Shown one piece after another: positions 1-9,510 of a stretch of DNA of 33,141 nt. The position numbers and the translations under genes are program-made. Each line of letters starts with the position of its first letter. Within the stretch, counting starts at the first letter, position 1. The DNA is from an uncultured Kiritimatiellota bacterium (GTDB taxonomy: Bacteria > Verrucomicrobiota > Kiritimatiellia > RFP12 > UBA1067): positions 1-33,141 of the forward strand of contig CAKULR010000001.1 in NCBI GenBank assembly GCA_934667295.1, read 5' to 3'. Below the pieces are notes generated by a model. That model saw only the letters and a list, made by a program, of their open reading frames with translations. It searched no databases and was not told the origin of the DNA.

Positions 1-1765
1 CACAGGCCGCAAGGGCGAGCGTGCCGCGCATCTGCGCGAAGGCGTCGTCGCCCGTATCCGGCCCGTCGGCCTCCCGGCGCCACGCCGCGACGAACGCCCG
101 CGTGAAGGCGTGCGACAGAACCGCGTCCGGTGCATACTGCGCCACGAGCGCGGCGAGCGCGGCGTCACGCTCGTGCGCGAAGAGGAGTTCGCACAGGGCC
201 AGTTCGCGGGGCGGCGGCGGTTCGACGACGGGCGGCAGGTCCACAAGGTCGTCGGGCGGCTCGGAATCGATGTAGAAATCCTCGGGGCGCCCGTCGGGGA
301 CAGGCCCCCTCGCTTGGGGGACCGTCGCCGAGGGGACTGTCCCCTTTTGCGTGGACACAGGCCCCCCGGACGTGGGGACAGGCCCCGTCGGCTTCGTCTG
401 GGGGCGCGCGGGCGGCGGGGCGGCGACGGCGGACGCGGCGGGGCGACGGCGCGCGGCCGTCGAAACCTTCGAAAGATCCTCCTCCAGGGCGGAGACGGGC
501 ACGCCGAGGAGCTTCGCCGCCTCGCCGAGGAGCGAGGCGCGGAGGAGGGCCGAGGGGCACTTCGCCACCGTCTCCAGCGCCGCGCGGCCGACGCGCGACA
601 CGGCGTCGATGGAGTCGGGGTGCGTCTCGGCGGCGAGCAGGGTGCGGACCTGGAAGTGCGTGATCGACTCGGCGCGTTCGAGGACCGCGCGAAAGGCGTC
701 CGGCCCCTGGTCGCGCAGGAGGGAATCGGGGTCCTCGCCCGGCGGCAGGGTCGCGACGCGCACGGGGATCTCCGCCGCGAGGAATTCGCCCCCCGTCTTG
801 ATCGCGGCCTTCCGCCCCGCGCCGTCCGCGTCGAAGACGAGCACCACGGAGTCCGCGCACTTCTTGACCATCCGCACGTGCTCCTCGGTGAACGCCGTGC
901 CCTGCGAGGCCACCGCGTTCGTGAAGCCGCAGGCGTGGCAACGGATGAGGTCGATCTGGCCCTCGCAGACGAGCGCGCAGCGGCCGGGGGCCTTGACGAT
1001 GTTCGGCGCCGCCTTGTCGAGGCCGAAGAGGACGTTCGACTTCTTGAAGATGAGAGTTTCGGGCGAGTTGACGTACTTCGCGGCCTTCTTCTCGTTCGTG
1101 AGGATGCGGCCGGAAAAGGCGACGGGGCGGCCCTGCCGATCGCAGATCGTGAACATGAGCCGCCCGCCGAAGCGGTTGTAGGGGCGGCCGTTCGCGTACC
1201 TGCTCTTGAGGAGCACGCCCGCCGCGTCCATCTCGTCCGCGCTGAACCCGTACTTCCGCGCCCACGTCTGCATCGACTCGGCGGCGCGCGGCGCGTAGCC
1301 CACGCAGAACCTCTCAAGGGCGTCCTCGGGCAGACGGCGCGTCGCGAGGTAGCGGCGGGCCGGCTCCGCCTCGGGCGCGCTTTTCAGGCAGCGGCGGAAG
1401 AAGGCCGCCAGCGCGGCGTGGAGCGCGTAGAGGCGCGCGCGGCGCGCGGCGTCGGGATCGGCCTTCTCCTCCACCGTCACGCCGCACTGCTGGGCGAGCT
1501 TGCGCACGGCCTCGCCGAACGACATGCCCTCCTGCTTCATCACGAACGAGAAGGCGTCCCCCTTCTCGCCGCAGCCGAAGCAGTGGTAGTAGCCCTGGTT
1601 CGGGTGGATGATGAAGCTCGGCGTCTTCTCGTGGTGGAAGGGGCAGCAGGCCTTGTAGTCGGCCCCGCTGCGGCGCAGCTGCACGCCGTAGGACGAAATC
1701 AAATCGGCGAGATCGGTCCGGGCCTTGATCTCGTCGAGGAGGGGCTGTGAATAACTGGAAGCCAT
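1..1765 (-). CDS. dnaG: DNA primase DnaG; the C-terminal end runs off the left edge of the window
   Basis: Absent from the ORF track because there is no stop in the window. My own minus-strand translation from the ATG at 1765 is open all the way to position 1. It reads MASSYSQPLLDEIKARTDLADLISSYGVQLRRSGADYKACCPFHHEKTPSFIIHPNQGYYHCFGCGEKGDAFSFVM (CHC2 zinc finger). Further on come KYVNSPETLIFKKSNVLFGLD (primase core), EGQIDLIRCH and VLVFDADGAGRKA (TOPRIM). An in-frame ATG at 1774 overlaps the -10 box and is less likely to be the start. Confidence 0.93.
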   Translation of the reverse strand, partial: MASSYSQPLLDEIKARTDLADLISSYGVQLRRSGADYKACCPFHHEKTPSFIIHPNQGYYHCFGCGEKGDAFSFVMKQEGMSFGEAVRKLAQQCGVTVEEKADPDAARRARLYALHAALAAFFRRCLKSAPEAEPARRYLATRRLPEDALERFCVGYAPRAAESMQTWARKYGFSADEMDAAGVLLKSRYANGRPYNRFGGRLMFTICDRQGRPVAFSGRILTNEKKAAKYVNSPETLIFKKSNVLFGLDKAAPNIVKAPGRCALVCEGQIDLIRCHACGFTNAVASQGTAFTEEHVRMVKKCADSVVLVFDADGAGRKAAIKTGGEFLAAEIPVRVATLPPGEDPDSLLRDQGPDAFRAVLERAESITHFQVRTLLAAETHPDSIDAVSRVGRAALETVAKCPSALLRASLLGEAAKLLGVPVSALEEDLSKVSTAARRRPAASAVAAPPPARPQTKPTGPVPTSGGPVSTQKGTVPSATVPQARGPVPDGRPEDFYIDSEPPDDLVDLPPVVEPPPPRELALCELLFAHERDAALAALVAQYAPDAVLSHAFTRAFVAAWRREADGPDTGDDAFAQMRGTLALAAC

Positions 1766-1772
1766 TGCGGCC

Positions 1773-1781
1773 ATTATAACA
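1773..1781 (-). promoter_or_regulatory. Extended -10 box TGTTATAAT, 7 nt upstream of the dnaG ATG (leaderless-type arrangement)
   Basis: The minus strand reads GTTTTTGTGTTATAATGGCCGCAATGGCT. TGnTATAAT is followed by a 7-nt spacer and then ATG. There is no purine-rich SD between them. Confidence 0.45.
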
Positions 1782-1814
1782 CAAAAACGCGGACGGGGAC
1801 CGAGCCCCGTCCGC
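1781..1814 (-). terminator. Rho-independent terminator downstream of the small lipoprotein gene
   Basis: The minus strand has GCGGACGGGG-CTCGGT-CCCCGTCCGC (10-bp GC stem) followed directly by GTTTTTGT. It lies 27 nt after the stop at 1841. Confidence 0.7.
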
Positions 1815-1840
1815 GCATTCGCAATCCGGCCTTTGCCCGA

Positions 1841-2092
1841 TTACTTCTTCGCGGCGTCAACGGCCTTCTTGACCTCGCCCGCCGCCTTCTTGACTTCGCC
1901 GGCGGCCTTCTCGGCGACCTTCTTGGTCTCCTGGGCGACCGCTTCGCCGGCCTTCTTCACGTCCTGGGCCGCCTTCTGGACGGCGCCCTCCTTGGCCGGC
2001 GCCGGGGCGGGAGCCGCCTCTTCCTTCGCGCAGCCCGAGACCAGCACCGCCGCCGTGCACGCCGCCATCGCGGCCATCATCAGCTTCTTCAT
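1841..2092 (-). CDS. Small Lys/Ala-rich lipoprotein (83 aa)
   Basis: MKKLMMAAMAACTAAVLVSGC has a signal peptide with lipobox LVSGC. The mature part is low complexity with the tandem repeat AAGEVKKAAGEVKKA. SD GAAGGAGAAACACA precedes the ATG. Confidence 0.75.
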   Translation of the reverse strand: MKKLMMAAMAACTAAVLVSGCAKEEAAPAPAPAKEGAVQKAAQDVKKAGEAVAQETKKVAEKAAGEVKKAAGEVKKAVDAAKK

Positions 2093-2140
2093 TGTGTTTC
2101 TCCTTCTTTTTTTTCGGCAACCGTGGTTGCCCTTGTTTGT

Positions 2141-3532
<1,392 letters not shown>

Positions 3533-3534
3533 CT

Positions 3535-3543
3535 AGTATACCA
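3535..3543 (-). promoter_or_regulatory. Candidate extended -10 box TGGTATACT upstream of purB
   Basis: The minus strand reads GATTATGGTATACTAGGGGCCGCTTTTCCAGGAGTACAGGACGATG. TGnTATACT lies about 30 nt upstream of the ATG, and the leader contains the SD AGGAG. Confidence 0.35.
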
Positions 3544-3552
3544 TAATCTCCG

Positions 3553-5988
3553 CTACTCGCCGCACTCGGCGGCGTAGTCGGGCAGCCAGGCCCGGACGTC
3601 CGCCCATTTGAACGGCGGCTCGCCGTAGAGGAAGTGGTTGCGGAACGGTTTTCCGTCGAGCGTCGCCTCGATCAGCACGACGCCCTGCCCGGAGAACGGA
3701 ACCGTCCCGAGCGCGAGCTTGCCGTTGGCGGGGATCTCGAACGCCTTTTCGAGGAACACCCTCCCCGTCGCCTTGTCGGTGAAGGTCGCCCGGCCCTTCA
3801 CGGCGCGGCGGGCGTCGTTCACGGCCCAGGCCGTGCGGTCGTCGACCACGCAGACCATCTGGTCCTTCTGCGCGTTCTTAAGGGCGAAGTAGGCCTTCTT
3901 CTTCCCGCCGTAGTAGTCGACCACGGCGTCCGAGATGATCGGCCAGCCGTCGCGCACGTTCCACCAGATGAGGCCGTTGAAGCGCGTGAACTTGCGGCTG
4001 CGGAAGAGTTCGCAGAAGGTCTTCATCGCCTCGGCCTGCACGGTCTGGCTCTGCTCCACGAAGCCCTCCACGTCCTGCGCGACGGCGCCGAACAGGATCC
4101 TCGCCTGGTTCGTCATGAGGCTGTTGCGCGTGCCGTGGCGCAGCACGCCGGGCGCGAGGCCCGCGTTGCACGCCTTGAGCTGCCATTCGTCGTTCCAGTG
4201 GAAGTCCCTGCGCGGATCGGCGCCGCCGTTCGTGATCTCCTTCCAGGGCGAGACGCAGCCGGGCGTCATCATCTTCTTCAGGGAGGCGAGGTTCGGGCAG
4301 CCGTGGTAGCCCATCTCGCTCGCGAACCACGCCGGGCTGTTCGTGTAGTACGGCACCTTGTAGGCGGCGCGCGCGCCCCAGAGGTGCAGTTCGCTCGGCT
4401 TCGCCCGGCCCGCCACCACGTCCGGCGACCGGTACGGCGAGGACGGCAGGTAGGGGCGCGTCAGGTCGTACTCGAAGAGCACGTCGGGGATGGTCCTGCG
4501 CGACGTGCGGTCCAGGTTCGGATCGCGGGCGAGCTTCGGGCCGACGAGCCAGGTGAACGCCTCGTCGTTCTCGTTGTTGCCGCTCCAGAGGGCGATGGAC
4601 GGATGGTTGCGGTGGCGGATCACCGTCGCGAGGATCTCCTCGCGCGTCGCCCGGGCGTAGGCGTCGTCCTGCGGGAAGACGTCGCATCCGGTCATGAAGT
4701 CCTGCCACACCATCATGCCGTTCGCGTCGCACCAGTCGAAGAAGGCGTCCGGTTCGTACACGCCGCCGCCCCACACGCGCACCATGTTGCAGTTGAGGTC
4801 CTTCCACATGTCGAGCGTGGACGCGAGGTGCTGCATGTCGCGCCCGTGGAAGGCGTCCAGGGGCACCCAGTTCGAACCCCGGATGTAGCACGGCTCGTCG
4901 TTGACCTTGAACAGGAACTGGCCGGGGCGGTCGGGGCCGTACACGTCGTCCCGCACGAGCTCGATTTTGCGGATGCCGACCTTCCGCGCGTCGCGCGCGA
5001 GCACGGTGCCGTCCTTGTCGACGATCTCGGCCACGGCGTCGTAGAGGGCGGGTTCGCCGAAGCCGTGCGGCCACCAGAGGTCGACGTTGCCGATGCCGAA
5101 CTGGACGACCAGGTGGTAGGAGAAGAGGAGCGTTTCCGACGCGGCCCGCACCGCGCCGTTGCGCGACAGCGTGCAGCGCAGGCGGGCGTTGTCCAGCACC
5201 GGGAACGGCGCCTCCACGCGCGAGCGGAACATGAACTGCGCCCAGCGGTTCTTGACGTTCAGGTCCTTGACGATCCACGCGCACTCGCGCAGACGCACGG
5301 GATCCTCGACCTCGAAGCGGACGCTGCGCCAGAGCCCCTGCGCGAGGACGCGCGGGAAGATGTCCCAGCCGCCCATGTGCGCGGCCTTGCGGTAGCGGAT
5401 CAGGTCCGCCCCGGGCTCGGCCCCGCTCGTCATGTCCCCCACGGTGGCGTGCTGCGCGTCGAGGAGGACGGGGCGCAGGAGCACCTGCACCGTGTTTTCG
5501 CCGGGCCGCACCTTCTTCGTCACGTCGAACTGCCGCTCGATCAGCATGTTCGCCGACTCGCCGATCTTCTCGCCGTTCAGGAAGACGTCCGCGAGCGTGT
5601 CGATGCCGCCGAAGACGAGCACCGCGCGGCAGCCCGCCTTCACGTCCACCGCCGGCGCCTCGAACGTCTTCGTGTAGAGCCACTGGTACGCCTCGTAGGG
5701 CCGCAGCTTCAGGACGTTGAGCCCCACCTCCATCGGCGGCAGAAGCCCCGCGTTCACGAGGTCGAGCTCGCAGTTCCCCGGCACGGTCGCCTTCACGGTC
5801 TTCGCGCCAAGCTCCGCCGCGAGCGGCAGCGTGCGCACCGCCCCGTCGTTCGGCTGCGGGAAGTAGTCGAGCCGCCAGTCCCCGTCCAGGCTGACCGTCG
5901 TCGCGCCGAACGCACCCGCCAGACACACCCCCACGAGGGCGAAGACCCTGCACTTCACGTCGGTGAATATCCTGTACTTCACATCCAT
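3553..5988 (-). CDS. Secreted glycoside hydrolase family 2, beta-mannosidase-like
   Basis: The track ORF is 3553..6069. I place the start at ATG 5988 (MDVKYRIFTDVKCRVFALVGVCLAGAFG, a signal peptide) because AGGAGA sits just upstream. GH2 hallmarks are ALWSGNNENDEAF (acid/base) and WFASEMGYHGCP (nucleophile region). Confidence 0.85.
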   Translation of the reverse strand: MDVKYRIFTDVKCRVFALVGVCLAGAFGATTVSLDGDWRLDYFPQPNDGAVRTLPLAAELGAKTVKATVPGNCELDLVNAGLLPPMEVGLNVLKLRPYEAYQWLYTKTFEAPAVDVKAGCRAVLVFGGIDTLADVFLNGEKIGESANMLIERQFDVTKKVRPGENTVQVLLRPVLLDAQHATVGDMTSGAEPGADLIRYRKAAHMGGWDIFPRVLAQGLWRSVRFEVEDPVRLRECAWIVKDLNVKNRWAQFMFRSRVEAPFPVLDNARLRCTLSRNGAVRAASETLLFSYHLVVQFGIGNVDLWWPHGFGEPALYDAVAEIVDKDGTVLARDARKVGIRKIELVRDDVYGPDRPGQFLFKVNDEPCYIRGSNWVPLDAFHGRDMQHLASTLDMWKDLNCNMVRVWGGGVYEPDAFFDWCDANGMMVWQDFMTGCDVFPQDDAYARATREEILATVIRHRNHPSIALWSGNNENDEAFTWLVGPKLARDPNLDRTSRRTIPDVLFEYDLTRPYLPSSPYRSPDVVAGRAKPSELHLWGARAAYKVPYYTNSPAWFASEMGYHGCPNLASLKKMMTPGCVSPWKEITNGGADPRRDFHWNDEWQLKACNAGLAPGVLRHGTRNSLMTNQARILFGAVAQDVEGFVEQSQTVQAEAMKTFCELFRSRKFTRFNGLIWWNVRDGWPIISDAVVDYYGGKKKAYFALKNAQKDQMVCVVDDRTAWAVNDARRAVKGRATFTDKATGRVFLEKAFEIPANGKLALGTVPFSGQGVVLIEATLDGKPFRNHFLYGEPPFKWADVRAWLPDYAAECGE

Positions 5989-6117
5989 TGTCCGTCTCCT
6001 GTTGTCGCTTTGAGAAAACTGCCCGTTAAGAAAACCGTTCGCCAGTATAGCAGATGCAGAAATATTCATCTTGCTGAATACAGAACGCCCCGATCACGTC
6101 GTGTGCGGAGAAGGCCA

Positions 6118-7821
6118 TCAACGATCGACGAGACCGGCGTAGCCGGGGCCGCCGCCGGCGAGGTAGCCGTTCGACGTGCCCGACGGAGAGCGGCTGACCC
6201 AGAATGAATAGAACGTACCCTTCTCCAACGTGAAACGGAAACGCACGTCCTTCCCGCGCAGCTCGGCAAGATCCGCCTTCCCCTTCCAGGAAACGCGCGC
6301 CTTCGTCGTGTCGCCCGAGACCGCGACGCAGGCATCCGACGAGAAGCCCGGCACGACGGCGCCCGCCGCGTCCAGCACCTCCGCGCGGAGCGCGCCCTGC
6401 GGCGCCTCGACGTTCACGAAGAGATGGCGTCCGCTGAAGCGCACGGGGCGCGTCAGCACCTCGCCCGCCGTCTCCGCCTTCAGGCCGACGAATCCGTCGC
6501 GCCGCAGGACGGCGCACCCCATCGCGCCGTTGTCGTACATGCCGTTCATGCTCCCGTTGCCGGTTCCCGATCCCGTCCCGCTCCGGCGCAGGCGCATGGG
6601 GTCGCCGCCGAACGCGCCGTAGTAGAACCACAGCTTCTCGTCGCGGATGACGCAGAGGTTCGAGAGCGGCTGCACGTAGCCACGGTCCCACTTGTCGGAC
6701 GCCCACCGCTCCGCGCGGATCGCCGCGCGGCGGTCTGGGCGCGACCAGTGGAAGCCGTCGCGGGAGTAGGCGAACTGGATCTCGGTGATCTTCGGCATGC
6801 CGTGCCGTTCGCAGATGTCGTTCTCGGGACCCCAGTGGATCTCGAAGCCGCCGAGCATGATGGACTCGTAGGCCACGGCGTCGAAGCAGTAGAGCTGCGC
6901 GGCGCGGTTCTCGATCGGACGGTCCGTCTGCACGTCGTGGAGGTCGGCCCGCAGCCAGCGGACCGCCCAGCGGGGCGATTTCTCGTCGTACCAGTCCCAC
7001 ACGCAGTCCGCGAGGAAGTCGTCGCCCTCCCAGTAGCGCCGCGCGCGGCCGCGGTCCTTCCAGCCGCCGCGCAGGGAGAACACCCACTTGCGCCGGAACG
7101 GATTGTAGAACATCGTCGTGCGGTCGCCGATGTCGCCCGTCTTCGTCCTGTTCGTCCAGTGGATGCCGTCCGCGCTCGTGTAGCAGAAGCCCGGCCGGTC
7201 GTTGCCGCCCGGCATGACGAAGAGCTTCCACCGCTCCAACGGGTCGGCGGCCTCGTAATCGGGGACGACGCTCCAGGAATCGACGCCCTGGTTCGGCAGG
7301 AGGCGGTTCGTGCCGGGGACGACGTCGAGCGCGGGACGCTCCCACCGGAGGCCGTCTTTCGATTCGGCGTAGCAGATGCGGTGGCACCAGCCCGCCTCGT
7401 ACCAGAGGCGGAAGACCGCGCGCCCGGCATCCCACCAGAGACCGCCGCCCTTCGGAAGGGCGATGGCGTTCTGGGGACGATGCCGCTCGAAGTCGTTCTC
7501 GGGCCTGAGGACGGGATTGCCCGCGTACTTGACGGGGTGGTTGTAGACGCGCGCGAGGTCGGTCTTCTCGACGAGGAAGTCGTCGACGAACAGCTGGCGG
7601 CCGACGTCGATGAACGCGACGGCGGGGCGCCCCGCACCCAGATACGGCACGGACAGCTCGCTCCGTCCCGACGGCGGCACATCGCGTGGCGGCCACGCCT
7701 TCGGGAGCACGATGCCGTTGTAGAGGCGTTCACCTTCCCGGCACGGCTGTCCCGGCTTGTCCGGAACGGCCCCCTGCGCCACCGCGCAGCAACACGCAAG
7801 AGCAAGAACCAATGTCTTCAT
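6118..7821 (-). CDS. Secreted beta-propeller-type glycosidase-like protein (GH43/GH32/GH130-like fold) with a C-terminal beta-sandwich
   Basis: The signal peptide is MKTLVLALACCCAVAQG. The ATG at 7821 is preceded by GAGGTG; the track starts at a GTG at 7827. The motif RQLFVDDFLVE...NPVL is typical of PVC propeller hydrolases. The C-terminal module is RFSGRHLFVNVEAPQGALRAEVLD...GKDVRFRFTLEKGTFYSFWV. Family assignment is by resemblance only. Confidence 0.6.
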   Translation of the reverse strand: MKTLVLALACCCAVAQGAVPDKPGQPCREGERLYNGIVLPKAWPPRDVPPSGRSELSVPYLGAGRPAVAFIDVGRQLFVDDFLVEKTDLARVYNHPVKYAGNPVLRPENDFERHRPQNAIALPKGGGLWWDAGRAVFRLWYEAGWCHRICYAESKDGLRWERPALDVVPGTNRLLPNQGVDSWSVVPDYEAADPLERWKLFVMPGGNDRPGFCYTSADGIHWTNRTKTGDIGDRTTMFYNPFRRKWVFSLRGGWKDRGRARRYWEGDDFLADCVWDWYDEKSPRWAVRWLRADLHDVQTDRPIENRAAQLYCFDAVAYESIMLGGFEIHWGPENDICERHGMPKITEIQFAYSRDGFHWSRPDRRAAIRAERWASDKWDRGYVQPLSNLCVIRDEKLWFYYGAFGGDPMRLRRSGTGSGTGNGSMNGMYDNGAMGCAVLRRDGFVGLKAETAGEVLTRPVRFSGRHLFVNVEAPQGALRAEVLDAAGAVVPGFSSDACVAVSGDTTKARVSWKGKADLAELRGKDVRFRFTLEKGTFYSFWVSRSPSGTSNGYLAGGGPGYAGLVDR

Positions 7822-7849
7822 CCACACCTCGTCGTATTCGTCATTAACA

Positions 7850-8560
7850 CTACTTTAGCCGCTCATGCAGAATCTGCTTGATCAGCGTTTGCGCAGAGAC
7901 ATCTCCGGCCTGTTCCATGAGCTTTTCATAATCGGCAACCTCATCCCCGGAGAACATGACGGAAATCACGCGGCGTTCCTTCCCGGCAATATGCCCGTAG
8001 TTCTCAGGATGGGTCCAGAAGCACCGGACACAGAAAAGCGGATCCTTCCGCGTCCAATTCTCGCAATGCTCGCACGCCCATGACTTCGCCCGGTTCGCCG
8101 AAGGACTCAACAACATGAAGGAGTCAATTTCCCCCACATCGACTTCACCGCCGATTTCGTATGGAATCCGATGGTCGATCTGCAATTCCGCCGGTTCCAT
8201 CTCTTCCAGGTAAATGGAACACCGTGCCCCGTATTTCTCGATCAGGGCCGACTTCAAGGCGCGCGTAAGCGCCGTCCGTCCCTTTGTTTTCTTCGGAGCG
8301 CGCCCCCATTTGGACAAGTCGCCAAATTCGTAGACCGCAATGCGCTTGCCATCATCCGTTTTGATCCGGCGCGTCACAAGCGGGATTCCCAGTTCCCGCA
8401 CATCACGCACCGCACGGGGAGGATGCTCATATCCATAGCATTCCGTCAATTCAGCCGACGTAACGGACCCATGCTTGAGGATATGCTGAATGACGGCACG
8501 GGGACGCTTTGCGGTAACCGCGTTGAGCCGTTCCAGAATGTCCTTCGAGATGCCTACCAC
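7850..8560 (-). CDS. HNH-family restriction endonuclease with an N-terminal winged-helix domain
   Basis: The core is QIDHRIPYEIGG...LLSPSANRAKSWACEHCENW...CVRCFW, i.e. HNH with two CxxC pairs. The N-terminus (RAVIQHILKHGSVTSAELTE...RDVRELGIPL) looks like a wHTH. The GTG start overlaps the methyltransferase stop by 7 nt. The gene is visibly more A+T-rich than its flanks. Confidence 0.75.
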   Translation of the reverse strand: MVGISKDILERLNAVTAKRPRAVIQHILKHGSVTSAELTECYGYEHPPRAVRDVRELGIPLVTRRIKTDDGKRIAVYEFGDLSKWGRAPKKTKGRTALTRALKSALIEKYGARCSIYLEEMEPAELQIDHRIPYEIGGEVDVGEIDSFMLLSPSANRAKSWACEHCENWTRKDPLFCVRCFWTHPENYGHIAGKERRVISVMFSGDEVADYEKLMEQAGDVSAQTLIKQILHERLK

Positions 8561-9483
8561 GATGCCACCCGCTGAAAGTCAAATTCCGCCTGCCGGAGAT
8601 TCGCGTCCCCGTCCGACTGATGTCGATCCAACAAGCCACGACTTACATAGAGGGCTTCATAGGTAATCTGGCGACGCCCCAACAACAGAGCCTGACTTGA
8701 CAATCCCGCATTCAGCAGAATCTTCCGGCACCCCAGTTCGTCCGGCAGGTCAACGCCGTAACCCTTGTCGCCACACGTTCCGTCGTAGCTGATCAAGAAA
8801 TCCACGCCCCGACGGTTCAATTCATGGAGCGACTGGGCGAACTCATCGAACGACAGCCCCGCCACATAACGCTGATCCCGTGCCGTTGAGACACCCTGAT
8901 ACGGCGGATCCATGTAGACAACATCTCCGGGAACAACCTGCTGGAAGATCTCCCGGTAGTCCAGGGATGAAAACTGCGTCCGGCCCTTCAGGAGCGCCGA
9001 TAACGACGGCAGATTCTTCGCAAGCGTTTTCGGTGACGTTCCATGTCTCCGCTTGTCGGGCGACTGATTGAAATTACCATTCCGACCATACCGCACAGAG
9101 CCCTTGACGCAACGCGCCAGGAGGTACATCATGTTCGCCGGGGATCGATCTCCGGCATTGAATCGATCCCGCACGGCATAGAAGTGGGCGAGATGTCCGT
9201 CGGGAAAGTCAAATTGGGCGTTCCACAATTCCGTATAGGAATCCAGCAAGACGTCCGGCGTTTCAATCGCACATGTCAACAACCCGACCAGGGGCGCATT
9301 CAGATCGTTCACCAGATACGAAGCCGCACGGTTCTCCATGGCCGCCGCAATGGTCAAGGCCGCCGTACCCGAGAACGGTTCGACTAGGCGACGAAAACGC
9401 CTTGGCATGTATTGTAGGATCCAAGGCGCAAGAATGCGCTTGGATCCTTGATACTGGACAAGATGTGGCGCCCTCGTCTTCAT
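8554..9483 (-). CDS. Dam-like (D12 class, alpha group) N6-adenine DNA methyltransferase
   Basis: YQGSKRILAPWI, VEPFSGTAAL (SAM-binding FxGxG-type motif) and VVYMDPPYQG (catalytic DPPY) occur in the order typical of the Dam family. Confidence 0.88.
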   Translation of the reverse strand: MKTRAPHLVQYQGSKRILAPWILQYMPRRFRRLVEPFSGTAALTIAAAMENRAASYLVNDLNAPLVGLLTCAIETPDVLLDSYTELWNAQFDFPDGHLAHFYAVRDRFNAGDRSPANMMYLLARCVKGSVRYGRNGNFNQSPDKRRHGTSPKTLAKNLPSLSALLKGRTQFSSLDYREIFQQVVPGDVVYMDPPYQGVSTARDQRYVAGLSFDEFAQSLHELNRRGVDFLISYDGTCGDKGYGVDLPDELGCRKILLNAGLSSQALLLGRRQITYEALYVSRGLLDRHQSDGDANLRQAEFDFQRVASW

Positions 9484-9510
9484 CGTGGGAACGGTTCTCG
9501 CACAAAACCC

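Noticed and set aside
2116-2131. The hairpin GGCAAC-CGTG-GTTGCC next to a run of nine T on the plus strand, between purB and the small lipoprotein gene. It might be a terminator.
   Set aside because: On the coding (minus) strand the hairpin is followed by an A-run, not a U-run. The T-run precedes the hairpin on the plus strand, where no gene exists. It does not fit an intrinsic terminator in either useful orientation.
5989-6069. N-terminal extensions of track ORFs. Examples: GH2 to 6069, AI-2E transporter to 12830, orphan protein to 14938, DUF3127 gene to 18500, YcfL-like to 21474, lipoprotein A to 26416, serine hydrolase to 29214, Minf_1886-like to 31856 and GT2 to 30249.
   Set aside because: In every case an internal ATG is preceded by a good SD or a -10 box and opens directly into a signal peptide or a conserved N-terminus. 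The extension runs through terminators, REP repeats or the upstream gene.
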